A stretch of 64,000 nt of DNA, taken from Eledone cirrhosa. Its lineage: Eukaryota. The notes below the pieces were generated by a model. It searched no databases, was not told the DNA's origin, and saw nothing but the letters and a program-made list of their open reading frames with translations. Of this stretch, positions 40,789 through 54,066 are shown piece by piece. The translations under genes and the position numbers were made by a program. The stretch's first letter is position 1. Every line of letters begins with the position of its first letter. The DNA lies in the NCBI GenBank assembly GCA_964016885.1, contig OZ024754.1, positions 3,038,001-3,102,000 on the forward strand. The letters are read 5' to 3'.

Positions 40789-41090
40789 AAGTTTTGTCTA
40801 CATGTTTTTATTGATTATCGGCCTGTTACATATGTTTCACAGATGGTTGGCTCAAGGTCACCTATGGAAGCTATGGCTCTGACTCCAGCATCGATCTTTG
40901 ACAAGTTTGACAGACTTGCTGATTCAACAAAGCATACTCTCTGGGTTTTTTTTGTTGAGTCACCAAATCTGACAAACAGATCGATGCTGGAGTCAGGTCC
41001 ATAACTTCCATAGGGGACTTTGAACCAACTATCTGTGAAACATATGTCTGCCACATGTTGATAATCAATAAAAGCAAGTAGACAAAACTT
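40789..41090. repeat. ~300-bp diverged inverted repeat with a hammerhead-like remnant
   Basis: Arms aagttttgtctac...cagcatcgatct / agatcgatgctg...gtagacaaaactt. The right arm has ctgacaa-ACAGAT...ATCTGT-GAAAC-atat-GTC. Confidence 0.85.
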
Positions 41091-41167
41091 CATATATATT
41101 CAGTATTATACATTAAAATCACTTCTATTGTATCCATGTTATAAATACTTCTATTATTTGTTTTCAG

Positions 41168-41239
41168 GCAGTTAAACCATAACAATATCTCCACAATATC
41201 AAAAGGATGGTTGTATGGATTAAAAACATTAAAACAACT
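41168..41239 (+). CDS. LRIG: LRIG exon, 1 LRR (QLNHNNISTISKGWLYGLKTLKQL)
   Basis: ttttcag acceptor, GTAAG donor, 72 nt, phase 2-2. GWLYGL motif typical of LRIG. Confidence 0.92.
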
Positions 41240-41627
41240 GTAAGATTTTTATTCTCTTTCAATTTTATATTTAAATTAATTTTTTTTTCTACGTTTCATT
41301 TATTGTATGTATGTATGTGTATATATATGTGTATGTCATCATCATCATCACTGTCGTTTAACATCTATCTTCCATGCCAGCATGGGTTAGACGGGTTTGT
41401 TCCACTTGAGGCAAGTTTGGTCAGGTGACCGTGTCTTGCTCGTATAGAGCTGTTTCTATGAGTATATATGTATATATATATATATATACATGTATATATA
41501 TATATGTGTATGGATTTTTTTTGTATGTGTGTTTACACATATATAAACATACCTGTCCAACCCTTTCTATTAGGGAATGCAGACAGTAAATGATGATGAT
41601 GATGATGATGATGTGTGTTTAGTTAAG

Positions 41628-41675
<48 letters not shown>

Positions 41676-41770
41676 CATCATCATCACCGTTTAACGTCAT
41701 TATGTATATACATATGTATGTATATATATGTGTATATGTATGTATGTTTTATATATGTATGTATATATAT

Positions 41771-42099
41771 CATCATCATCATTTCATTTTACGTCCGCTT
41801 TTTCCCTGCTTGCAAGGGTGGGACGGGAACTGATTCTGGCTTGATTTCTACAGCTGGATGCCCTTCCTAACACCAACCTCATTTACAGTGAGTGCTGGGT
41901 GCTTTTTTGCCGTGGCACCTCCACGACCACTTTGCAGTGGAATGATAGGGTCCCCAGTCCTATCATCTCATTTCTACAGCTGAGTAAACTGGAGCAATGT
42001 GAAATAAAGTGTCTTGCTCAAGGAAACAACACATCACTCAGTCTGAGAATTGAACTCACAACCTTTCGATTGCAAGGCCAATGCTCTAACCACTAAGCC

Positions 42100-42102
<3 letters not shown>
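41771..42102 (-). mobile_element. SINE family 1, near full length
   Basis: Very similar to 9793-10126; bounded by TA-rich repeats. Confidence 0.92.
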
Positions 42103-42148
<46 letters not shown>

Positions 42149-42636
42149 GTGTGTATGTGTATATATATGATCATCATCATCACTGTTTAACATCCATGCT
42201 TCTATGCTAGCATGGATTAGACAAGTCCTATACAATTCAGTTTCACTCTTTAAATGTCTTTATCTTGGGTCTAAAAAAAAACAAAAAATACTTTCCAGTC
42301 TTGAAATTCTTTTGTTTTATTTTTTCCTACTTTTTTCATGTTTGTAGTTTTTGTGGATTAGTTATTTCTAGTCCATGTGTTCCCATGTTTTGCATTTCCC
42401 ACCTGCTCACACATTGAATAAGAAACCTTGCTTCATAATAAACTGGTTTGTACTGGATAATGTCATTAAGAACTTTACAAATCAAAGCCCTCCTTTGTTG
42501 TTGACACCTTGTCATTTCACCACCCTACCCCCCTCTGTGGGGTTCAGGCAAGTGCAAGCCCTTAACATACACACCACTAATTAGAAATTGTTAAAGTTGA
42601 GTACATTGTTACTCTGACTGGGAAATAATACATTGT

Positions 42637-42679
<43 letters not shown>

Positions 42680-42786
42680 GTTTTAATATACTCTGCTATG
42701 TATTGAGTACCTTACTTACTGTGGTTACCTCCGATTCAACCCGGAATAACGTACCTATATATATATATCTACCTCTATATATATAA

Positions 42787-42817
<31 letters not shown>

Positions 42818-44129
42818 ATATATAGATATATGCTTCTTGTCTTGTTCTTTTCTAACTTTCTGGTAACTGTTTTCACAGTAATACAATGGTTCCTAATGAC
42901 TTAATAATTGCTGCCATTCTGAAGCTACAGTTTATTCTTTAACTTGAATTAGGGGATTACAAATGAAATATGGTGTCTTTGTTGTTTGTTTTTATTTTAT
43001 ATCCTTTCCCTTTTTAACTTACTGTTATATATACTCACACACAAGTCACGCTCTTTTCTACCAAAATACATGGAAAAAAAAAAAAAAATAACCCAGCATG
43101 TAATTTATCTGCTGGTCCTATCAAACCTCAATTCAAAATCTATGGTACATTGTAATATATGCACACAAAATAATTCTGTGGAGGAAGGAACAGAAGAGCT
43201 TGCTACCTCAGGTGTTGTAAATGTTGCTTTTGTTAGTGTTCCAGCTGACATTATTCTGTTGCTTGGATTCATGTCGGTTGGTGTCCATGGACAAATCTCG
43301 GTTGAAAGCTAGTAGCTGATTATTAGTGCAACAACTAGAATATTTGATGTCTAATTTAAGGTCAAGGCCAACACATTTTTTGTGGGTGGGGGAAGGTCAA
43401 AATTGATTAAATCAATTTGTGAAAGTTAACTACGATGTTAATATTACTAATGAAATCCCTCAAAATTCTTCATTAATTAATTAAAATAGTGTATTTCATT
43501 AGAAAAGTGGTAATGAAAGTTTTAATAATAAAATGATGAAACATTTTAGTAAATCTTTCCAAATTTTTGATTATTTGAAAATCATGCAGTGGTTTTTTTG
43601 GGTTTTTTTTTTTTTTTATTAGAAATATGGTAACAAAAGAGTTAAAGAATTTGAATTTTCAATTAATGAAGAATTTGGAGGGATTAAATAATATTAATTA
43701 ATTTTGTCAAATAAATAAAAAATAAATAGAAAACAATAATAACGATAATAATAAAGAAACCGTTATTTATCTTGTGTTAAGAACATAATATAAGAAAGGT
43801 TCTCACGTAAAATTATGATAGAGGGCTTTTAGATAAATATAAACACTTTAAAGGAAATAGTTTTGTATTGTAGAACCTGGGGAAGTTTTAACCTGATGGT
43901 AACCTAATTCAAATACAGAACTTTAGAACATTAGAAATATGGTAACTAAATGGTTAAAGAATACTTCTAAGTTGTTTTAATGTATTGTTGGTTCTAACTT
44001 CATTGAGGAATACAAGAATTGGTGCTGGTATTGTGTGTTTCTTATACATTTCAGTACAGCATGTATGATTCTGTTATCTCTTGTGACCTAAATCCTTTAT
44101 TAATCTTGTCTATTGTTTACCCCCAACAG

Positions 44130-44201
44130 ATCTTTAACACACAACAATATCAAATCAGTAGAACTTGATGGATGGGAGTTTTGTCGCCTGCTCTGGAAAT
44201 T
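44130..44201 (+). CDS. LRIG: LRIG exon, 1 LRR (SLTHNNIKSVELDGWEFCRLLWKL)
   Basis: ccccaacag acceptor, GTAAGT donor, 72 nt, phase 2-2. W.FC motif typical of LRIG. Confidence 0.92.
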
Positions 44202-44275
44202 GTAAGTTCTTCTCTCTTATATTACATTCTGTCTCTCTCACCTGCTTCCACATGTCTGTAGTCTATATATTTTGT

Positions 44276-44585
44276 ATCATCATTATCTTTTTACATCTAT
44301 TTTTCCATGCTTGCATATGTTGGATAAATCTTTTCCAACATAGCTTCCCTCTACCTGTTGCGTACCTTTAATCATTTTCTCGGTGAGCATTTTGAGATCC
44401 GCTCCCGCCATTTATGCCAAAATGGTCTTCCTTGGTCTTCCTCCACTGCTGCTTCTTTCCACTGGCAACTCCTGACACTTCTTCAGCCAACAGTCAACAT
44501 CCTTACACATCACATGTCCATACCAGTGCGGTTGCAGTCTTCTCTCTTGCACCTTACATTTGATTCCTCTTGTACCCAGGTGGCC
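44276..44585 (-). mobile_element. Older RTE-clade LINE 3' fragment
   Basis: Minus strand gives degenerate RL..HWYGHVM...GRPRK-like sequence and a tgcaagcatggaaaa tail. Confidence 0.6.
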
Positions 44586-44859
44586 AACTGGCTGGGTTGT
44601 TAATCTTTATTTATTCTGGCTCACTACTCAATTAATCCAAGCTGTATACTCCACAGAGATAGACAGACAGACGGACGGACGGGTGGGTGGGTGGGGAGAT
44701 AGAGAGGTGGTGGAGGAGGAGAGAGAGAGGGGGGGAGAAACACAACCACAACTACTAGCCTCTTAAATTTTCTTGGTTTTTAAAATGTTCTTGTTTCCTT
44801 AGCTTTATCTGTATGTATGTGTGTGTGTGTGTGTGATACAGAGAGAGGGGGAAGGTGTA

Positions 44860-45755
44860 GGTGGCAGTAGAGGTAGGTTGAGGTGATGGTGGCAGTAGAG
44901 AAGTAGGGTGGGGTGGCAGTAGGGTGGAGGTGATGGTGGCAGTAGAGTGGAGGTGATGGTGGCAGTAGAGGAAGGGTGGAGGTGATGGTGGCAGTAGAGA
45001 AGTAGGGTGGGGGTGGAGGTGATGGTGGCAGTAGGGTGGAGGTGATGGTGGCAGTAGAGAGGAAGGGTGGAGGTGATGGTGGCAGTAGAGAAGTAGGGTG
45101 GGGGTGGAGGTGATGGTGGCAGTAGGGTGGAGGTGATGGTGGCAGTAGAGGTAGGGTGGAGGTGATGGTGGCCATAGAGGTAGGGTGGAGGTGATGGTGG
45201 CAGTAGAGGTAGAGTGGAGGTGATGGTGGCAGTAGAGAGGTAGGGTGGAGGTGATGGTGGCAGTAGAGGTAGGGTGGAGGTGATGGTGGCAGTAGAGAGG
45301 TAGGGTGGAGGTGATGGTGGCAGTAGAGGTAGGGTGGGGGTGATGGTGGCAGTAGAGAGGTAGGGTGGAGGTGATGGTGGCAGTAGAGGTAGGGTGGAGG
45401 TGATGGTGGCAGTAGAGGTAGGGTGGGGGTGATGGTGGCAGTAGAGGTAGGGTGGAGGTGATGGTGGCAGTAGAGGTAGGGTGGAGGTGATGGTGGCAGT
45501 AGAGAGGTAGGGTGGAGGTGATGGTGGCAGTAGAGGTAGGGTGGAGGTGATGGTGGCAGTAGAGGTAGGGTGGGGGTGATGGTGGCAGTAGAGGTAGGGT
45601 GGAGGTGATGGTGGCAGTAGAGAGGTAGGGTGGAGGTGGCAGTAGAGGTAGGGTGCAGGTGATGGTGGCAGTAGAGGTAGGGTGGGGGTGATGGTGGCAG
45701 TAGAGGTAGGGTGGGGGTGATGGTGGCAGTAGAGGTAGGGTGGGGGTGATGGTGT
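44860..45755. repeat. 29-31-bp G-rich minisatellite (ggtggaggtgatggtggcagtagaggtag), ~30 copies
   Basis: Direct periodicity; explains ORFs 44755..45783 and neighbours. Confidence 0.95.
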
Positions 45756-46712
45756 TAGCAGAAAGAGCAAGAATGGTTGTCACTGATCTGATTTATTTAT
45801 ATTACCAGATTGGTCAGGGCTTGGTCTTGTCAGGTGGTAGACCCAGGAGGAGAGTTGCTGGATTATTTACACACACAGCCATATATATATGTGTGTATAT
45901 ATACACACACAGCCATATATATATATGTGTATATATACACACACAGCCATATATATATGTATGTGTATATATACACATACATATATATATATATATGTAT
46001 ATATATATATGTATGTATATATACACACACAGCCATATATATATGTGTATATATAGATATGTGTGTATATATGTATATGTACACACAACCATATATATAT
46101 GTATATGTGTGTATATATGCATATATATACACAGGGGGGTCCCAAAACATGTATACACACTTTTGTTAGAATTCTTTTAAAGTATGTATACATTTTTGGG
46201 GGGGGCGACCTGTGTCTACTTATATATATATGTGTATATATATGTCTATGTGTGTATATATATATATATATATATTGAGTATTAAAGAGTGTGGGACCCT
46301 GTTTTATTCGCTAGACTGTTATTGCTTCATTTTATTACTGGCAACCATGAGCTATGGTAGCTGCCATAAAAACAGTGGAGGTTGTGGTGGTGGTGGTGGT
46401 GGTGGTTGGTGGCACTGAGGGTGGGGGGGGGTATTGCTTGCCACTAGAGGTTGTGGTGGTGGTGGTGCTATTGCTTGCCACTAGAGGTCATGAATGTCTG
46501 TCTCAGATAGTTGTTTATAGTGGTGGTGGTGGTTGTCATGGCCAGAGGTGTTTAGAATAGAAGGAAGGTGAGCTAAACAGAATTTTCTCTCTCCACCCCT
46601 CCTCCCCTCCTCCTCCAGCCTTTGGTTTTTCTGTGAGGTGAAGGCATTTTATTTTTATTAAGCTGGACATTGATAGTGTTATTCTACTAAATAGTTATAT
46701 CAGTGAATCGGA

Positions 46713-47245
46713 GGTGTGGTGTGGTGTGGTGTGGTGTGGTTTGTGTAGTGTGGTGTGGTGTGGTGTGGTGTGGTTTGTGTAGTGTGGTGTGGTGTGGTGT
46801 GGTGTGGTTTGTGTGGTGTGGTGTGGTTTGTTTTGTTTTGTTTTGTTTTGTTGTGTAGTGTGTTGTGTTGTGTTGTGAGGGCTGGTGTGTTGTGGTATAG
46901 TGTGTGGTGTGGTGTGTTGTGTTGTGAGTTGTGGTGTGGTGTGGTTTGTTTTGTTTTGTTTTGTTGTGTAGTGTGTTGTGTTGTGAGTTGTGTGGTGTGG
47001 TTTGTTTTGTTTTGTTTTGTTGTGTAGTGTGTTGTGTTGTGTTGTGAGGGCTGGGCTGGTGTGGTGTGGTGTGGTTTGTTTTGTAGTGTAATGTGTTGTG
47101 TTGTGAGGGCTGGGCTGGTGTGGTGTGGTGTGGTTTGTTTTGTTTTGTAGTGTAATGTGTTGTGTTGTGTTGTGTTGTGAGGGTTGGTGTGGTGTGGAGA
47201 AGACTGGTGTGTTGTGGTGTGGTGTGGTGTGTTGTGTTGTGGTGT
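46713..47245. repeat. Pentanucleotide (GTGTG/TTGTG/TTTTG)n tract
   Basis: Direct reading. Confidence 0.9.
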
Positions 47246-48187
47246 GCTGTTTTGGGGGAGTAATTTAGAAAAAATGTAAGATTGAAAATTAGTTTTATCG
47301 ACTGTTAATGACAGTATTTTTATTGAGAACAGCTACAAGTCTTTTCAATGACACTGCAAAACATAGCTGTTGCCCTTCGGGGAGATATTAACTACATAAC
47401 ATTTTAATGGTGAACTCCAAATCAAATTTGTTGGTTGTCTGCCTTAAACAATTCTATGCAATTATGTAGATGTTAAAAAATAAATTTAAAAAATGAAAGA
47501 AAGAAAAGGGTGGGGGCCGGTTTATAGTGTTGAAAAGAAATTTTGTCCTTTTTTAAGATTGTTGGAATTAGATAGTTGTATAAAATCATTTATCCAAGTA
47601 TCAATATTTTGGGGAGGGAAAAAGAAAAATCAATAACTGTTTTCTAAGGTACTACTGACCATTTCTTAAACCCCCCCCCCACCCCCCACCAATAAACCTG
47701 TCAGTTCCTCATTGTTTTATTGTATTTTCTTTGTTTGTTTTTTACCCTCTCATTTTATCTCTTAATGTCCTGTACCACGTGAAACAGCATTTGTAAAACA
47801 TTCTTGAAAAGTACAAAATACCACTGACTACATCATCATCATACATCCATTTTTTTTCCATGCTTGCATTAAAAGCTGAAGTATTTTTCTCTAATTCAGC
47901 AAATTTTCATAATAATCTGTCAACTAGTAATGAAACTACAAACATTTGAATTGACAAACTTGTTTTTCAGTATTATTGTTATTATTATTTTTATTATAAA
48001 AATAAGTAATTACCATTATTATTGAAATAGAAGTTTCGCCGTAATATTTTGACTAAATATTTCGCTAGGTGGTGCTATTAAGTTAGACATAACTTGGGCC
48101 AATACTCGCCGAAGGTTATCAAAGTTATAGTCTAATAATAGGGCGTATAAACCCACTGAACTGGAAAAAGATGGGCATCAACACACA

Positions 48188-48360
48188 TTATTATTATTTG
48201 CACAGCAAATGTGATAATTACAGGATCTTCCACTGTTTGTTGTGTCTCAACAAGGATCTTAGACAGGCGGTACTCTCCTGAGTATGTACTTCACAACATG
48301 GCAGTCTGTTGTGATTTGGGGTCTATTTACTTAAGATACACTCTCAATTTTTGTGGTATC
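48188..48360 (-). mobile_element. Possible degenerate 3' end of an RLE-type (R4/Dong-like) non-LTR element
   Basis: Minus strand reads QQTAML.../YILRRV across a frameshift, resembling the QKTALLGTAHILRRVL end motif, then ends in (AAT)n. Confidence 0.35.
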
Positions 48361-48416
48361 TAGCTCTAAGCTCCAGTGACAACTGGAATTATCTTGTTGT
48401 TGTTATTGTTGTTGTT

Positions 48417-48655
48417 GGATAGGCAGTATTGGTAGAGGGTCGGACGCCATGCTTTGCAGCATAGAGTTACGGCCCTTTATGATCTGAGTTCAAATCCCAC
48501 TGAGGTTAACTTAGCCTTTCATCCTTACGGGGGTCGATAAAATAAAGTACCAGTCATGCACTGGGGCCGATTTAATCGACTTTCCCCTCCCCCAAAATTG
48601 CTGGCCTTGTGTCTATATAAGAAACTGTTATTATTGTTGTTGTTGTTATTATTAT
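48417..48655 (+). mobile_element. SINE family 2 copy abutting an exon acceptor
   Basis: Full body; the simple-repeat tail ends ~20 nt before exon 48678. Confidence 0.9.
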
Positions 48656-48677
48656 CATGCTTCTCTATTTTCTCCAG

Positions 48678-48821
48678 GGATTTGAGCCACAACCAGCTTA
48701 GTTCAATTACATCTCACTCCTTTGCTAACTTGGTTGCTTTGAAGTCCCTCTATCTTGGCCACAATCACATTTCTCATATTGAGAGTGGAGCATTTAAGGA
48801 TTTATCAATTCTGGAAAATCT
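48678..48821 (+). CDS. LRIG: LRIG exon, 2 LRRs (DLSHNQLSSITSHSFANLVALKSLYLGHNHISHIESGAFKDLSILENL)
   Basis: ttttctccag acceptor, GTAAG donor, 144 nt, phase 2-2. Confidence 0.94.
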
Positions 48822-49268
48822 GTAAGAAAACTTTTTTTTTTTTTTTTTAATTTTTTAATTTTTTAATTTTTTCATTTTTTCATTTTTTCATTTTTTCATT
48901 TTTTCATTTTTTCATTTCTTCATTTTTTTCATTTTTTCATTTTTTCATTTTTTTTTAAATATTTTTTTTTTAAATATATTTTTTAATTCTTTCATTACCA
49001 AATTTCAAATAATTTTTAAAAATAACCAAGAATTTGGAAAAATTAAATAAAATTAATTTTGACATTATTGTGTTTGGAACATAAAAATCTGATAATGAAA
49101 GGGTTAAAAATGAATGTCTTGACTCTAATACTGCTGCAAATGTCCACTAGTAAGTGTTTGAATATTAGTTTGACAGCAGGTGCAACGGACGGGTGTTCTA
49201 GCTCGATCCTGTCAACGGGATGTAAATGCTAAAGGGTTAACAAACCCGTTTCGGTCATTTTCTGTTAA

Positions 49269-49476
49269 CCCTTTACCATTTACATTACTCTGTATATACT
49301 ATTATATTTTCATGCTAAAGTCTTTACCTCACATAATATTGAATCTACGAGATTTTGATATTACTTATTTTGAGAACAATACCTTAACATCAGTATGAAC
49401 GGCCAGATACAGCCAGTTTGAACAGAAAGAGGTGAGAGAATTGCGGCTAGATATGCCTGGTTTAAATGCTAGAGGG
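49269..49476. mobile_element. piggyBac-like MITE
   Basis: TTAA-CCCTTTACCATTTA...TAAATGCTAGAGGG-TTAA; body similar to 56471-56686. Confidence 0.8.
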
Positions 49477-49491
49477 TTAAATCATTACAAG

Positions 49492-49525
<34 letters not shown>

Positions 49526-50361
49526 AATTATTGTGTACAGTGCTCAGGTGCACTACAACTCATCAAAGGTGCATGTATAGTACATAGAATAATGTACAAA
49601 TGTCAGGAAAATAAACAGTGTATGAGTCATGATATAATAACAATAACAATAATGAAATATTGACCACAGTGCCCAATAAGATGTTACGGTTTAAAACAAC
49701 AGCCATAATAAACACTGTCAGTGACTGGATTAGAACTGTTGGGCATCTTTGTCAGTCTTGTCAACTTCACCAAATTCTTTACTAGGCAATACTAGAGATA
49801 ACTTATACTATATTGGATACATTTTCTTGAAAAGATTAAAAAAAAAACAGAACAGAAATCTAAAAAATGGAGAGAAAGAATGTTTCAATATCTCCATTTT
49901 AAATATTCTTGGACAACATCAATCATGTTTCTTTTAAAAACCCATTTACACACACATTTACAACTACATACATACATGTATTTACATACACACATGCACA
50001 CACTCGCAACTGTATACACATTACATACAATCACAAACTTGTATTTACATATGCACACACACACACACACACACACACAACTAAATACATACATACACAT
50101 ACATTTACATAATCACAAACGTGTATTTATGTACTTACACACTTACAACTGCATATATATACACTCAATCACACTCACAAAGAAAGCATTTACACACACA
50201 CACACACACACATACACTTGATTTATGACACTTATACATACATACACACTCACAAATACATATATACATAAACTCACAAACATGCATTCATTATCACAAA
50301 ACATTTATACACACACTCTCTTATTTACATTCCACCACAAATATACACACACAGACACACA

Positions 50362-50454
<93 letters not shown>

Positions 50455-50785
50455 GACAATAATTTTTTTCAGTCTGAAAAAATCTATTTTGATAGTTCAA
50501 TAACTTAGCAATTTGAAATCCAAATCTGAAAATCTATTTCCTACAATCATCACCATCATCATCATCATCATTATTATTATCACTATCATTGTCACCATCA
50601 TCATCATCATCATCATCATCATCACTATCATTGTCACCATCATCATCATCACCATCGTCATTATCATTATTATCGACACATCTTCATCATCATCATCACC
50701 ATCATCATGCAAAAAAGATGCCATTAATGTTACATTTTATATTTTGGCAACCGTTTATATATTTTTCTCTATCTCATTGTGTGTG

Positions 50786-50833
<48 letters not shown>

Positions 50834-50845
50834 TGAGTTTGTATG

Positions 50846-50876
<31 letters not shown>

Positions 50877-51402
50877 GTATATATATGTATGTATGTATAT
50901 ATATATATATATGTGTGTGTGTGTATATATATATATATGTGTGTGTGTGTATATATATATAGGTGTCTGTGTGTATGTATGTATATATGTGTGTATGTAT
51001 ATATATATATGTGTGTGTGTGTATATATATATGTGTGTGTGTATATATATATATATATGTGTGTGTGTGTATATATATGTGTGTGTGTGTATATATGTGT
51101 GTGTGTGTGTATGTATATATGTGAGTATACACACACATATAATGAGGGAAAATGGACATTATGTGGCAATGATGATGATACTGTCACACGTAAGCACGAG
51201 AAGACGTAAAAACGGTGATGATGATATCCATCATCACATACACACATATATATACGTGTGTATATATATGTATATATATATGTGTGTGTGTGTGTATGTA
51301 TATTTGGTAAATATATATATACACATATATATTTAGAAAGAGAAAGAGAGAGGGATAGATAGGCACTGTATAGACATATACCGAATGTGTATACATACAT
51401 AT

Positions 51403-51472
<70 letters not shown>

Positions 51473-51562
51473 CACACACATACATATCATATGTTTAGAG
51501 AGAGGAAGAAAGGGAGAGATAGATACGTAGATACTGTATAGACATTCAGCAAATGTCTATAT

Positions 51563-51669
<107 letters not shown>

Positions 51670-52666
51670 TATCATATATATATATACACACACATATCAT
51701 ATATTTAGAAACAGAGGGAGATAGATAGATACTGTATAGACATTCAGCAAATGTGTAATGTGAAGAAATCTCATTAAATGTAAATTCCTTTCTAGTTGAT
51801 TAAATCCTGGCCAGATCAGTAGATCTGGTTTATTGGAAGTCATCTCAAAGTACAGGTTTGCCCTCTCTTCCTACTCTCTTCCAGCATTTCAAATATTCCA
51901 GTTGATATCATGGTAATAGCATTTGTTGCCGAATGGTATTTCTTTAAGCAATAACGGGGATTGGTGACATGACTGAGACATAGGAACTGTGAATTAGAAT
52001 TCTTTGTAGTATCCAGGACTGAACCACACTATTCTAAGATCAATTCCTGCCAAAGCAGATCCCTCCCCCCTCCTTCCGGACACACACCTTTTTTTCTTTT
52101 TAAAAATCCGTCTTTTTACTTGTTTTATTTTTCCATGGGTGCTTAAAAGAATCCCTGGTGTCACTGACCTCCAGCTTGTCTAGGATATCTGAATCTCTGG
52201 GAGTTGAACCGACTCTAGGTTCAGCCTCAACTGAATTTTCTCCAAACAGAAAGAGGGTGGAGAGTAAGAGATAGAGAAAGGGAGAGAGTAAGTAAGAGAT
52301 AGAAAGAGAGAGGGAGGGTGTAAGAGAAATAAAGAGAGAAGAATTGACCTCACTACATGACTGGTGTTTTATTTATCAATCCCTGAAATAATTGTTTCTA
52401 CTTTTGGTCAGCAATTATTCCAGTACATTACTGGTACTTTATTTAATCGACCCCGTAAGGATGAAAGGCAAAGTTAACCTCGGCGGGATTTGAACCCAGA
52501 CCGTAAAGGGCAGTAACTCTATACGAAATAATTAACAGCAAAGTTAACCACAGCAAAACTTGAACTAAGAGTGCAGAGAGCTTGAATATATGCTAATAGG
52601 CACTCTATAAGCTTCTATTAACATCTATCTATCTCTATATATATTTAAAAGAATACGCGAGTTGTG

Positions 52667-52956
52667 ATATATTAGTAAAAGGAAAAGAAAATGCTGACAA
52701 ATTGTTCCCAGTGAAAAATAGTTTAATTAGGAATAAGTAAAAATTAGTAATAAGTATTGGTTAGTAAGAGCAAACATCACGGGCGCTCTATCTCAAAATT
52801 ATTTTTGAAAAGCATTAGAAATGCGCAACCGGTAAAAACTTAAAACTAAAACTGAATACTAACCAATACTTATTACTAATTTTTACTTATTCCTAATTAA
52901 ACTATTTTTCACTGGGAACAATTTGTCAGCATTTTCTTTTCCTTTTACTAATATAT
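52667..52956. repeat. Perfect 100-bp inverted repeat with 90-bp spacer, next to (TA)n
   Basis: 52667-52766 is the reverse complement of 52857-52956. Confidence 0.93.
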
Positions 52957-54035
52957 ATATATATATATAACTACAACATAAATACATATAACTACGAATG
53001 AAGAGATCTTGAATATATGGTGAAAGACACTCTTCTATTAATTCCCATTAATCTATATATGTATCATATATTTTGGTAATGTATTCAGATATTCACACCA
53101 TTCCTATATCTAGCAGATATTCCTGGCAATATTTTAAAATGGATTTTCATCTTCTCTGCATACTGATGTGTGTCAGTGTTCATTCATAGTTCTATTATCC
53201 AGTTTTTAACTTAACCTTATTCATCTGAGTTCAAATCCCACAGAGACTGGGTTTTTTAGATGGTGTTAATAAAATAACAGAGTGGATATTTGCAGTAAAT
53301 CTGCATTTTTAGTTAGTGTGAGATTTATAGCAAATATCCATTATTTTATTTAGTGTCCACTTAGAAAAGGGAATGAAGATTAACTGGTAATGTTGTTGCT
53401 GTTGTTGTTTAGCTCCAGGTCAGCCTTCATTCATCAAAAACATTCCTCCATGAATATTACACTTTTTTTTTGTTTAAATATAGTGTAACTAGGCCTACAT
53501 TATCCAATGTGTCCCTTTAAAAAAAAAGAAACGAGTGAAGTGCAGTTGCCTATTGAAGAGGTGACTAAAATGGTTGGTTACCTGAAAGAGCATTCAGCCA
53601 TAGAAGACTGCTTCAATAAGTACCCCATGGTAAACATGAAAGCATTTTTATGGAGATCCGTATCACCTGGTCCGAGAATTGAACTCACAACCTCACGATT
53701 GCGAATCAAAGTCTCTAACCACTCAGCCATACGCCTTAATAAACCAATCTCACCCTTTGTATTGGTAATGTTTTTCAAACCCATCTCTCCCTATGTGATC
53801 CTAACTATAGAATGTGTTCTGTATTACTGCTATGTTGCAGGCAAGTTGTTTCATGGTCAACTTGACCATTCCTTGTCAATTTATATTATATAGCTTTACT
53901 CCGACTTGTGGCTGTTTTCATCAAACTGTTTCACAATGAGAGGTGCTGACCACTTTTAATGGAGCCATTGTATTTAGTGTGTGTGTGTGTTTGAGAGAGA
54001 GAGAGTGACTGTGTGTGTGTTTGTGGGAGACTGTG

Positions 54036-54066
<31 letters not shown>

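Noticed and set aside
44755-45783. Pro/His/Thr-rich minus-strand ORFs up to 342 aa
   Set aside because: Translations of a 29-31-bp minisatellite whose frame shifts with unit length.
48556-48677. Signal-peptide-like N-terminus (MHWGRF...LLLLLLLL) in frame with an LRR exon
   Set aside because: Derived from the SINE family 2 tail and its (TTA/TTG)n. A canonical acceptor sits at 48676-48677. An alternative start cannot be excluded without RNA data but is unsupported.
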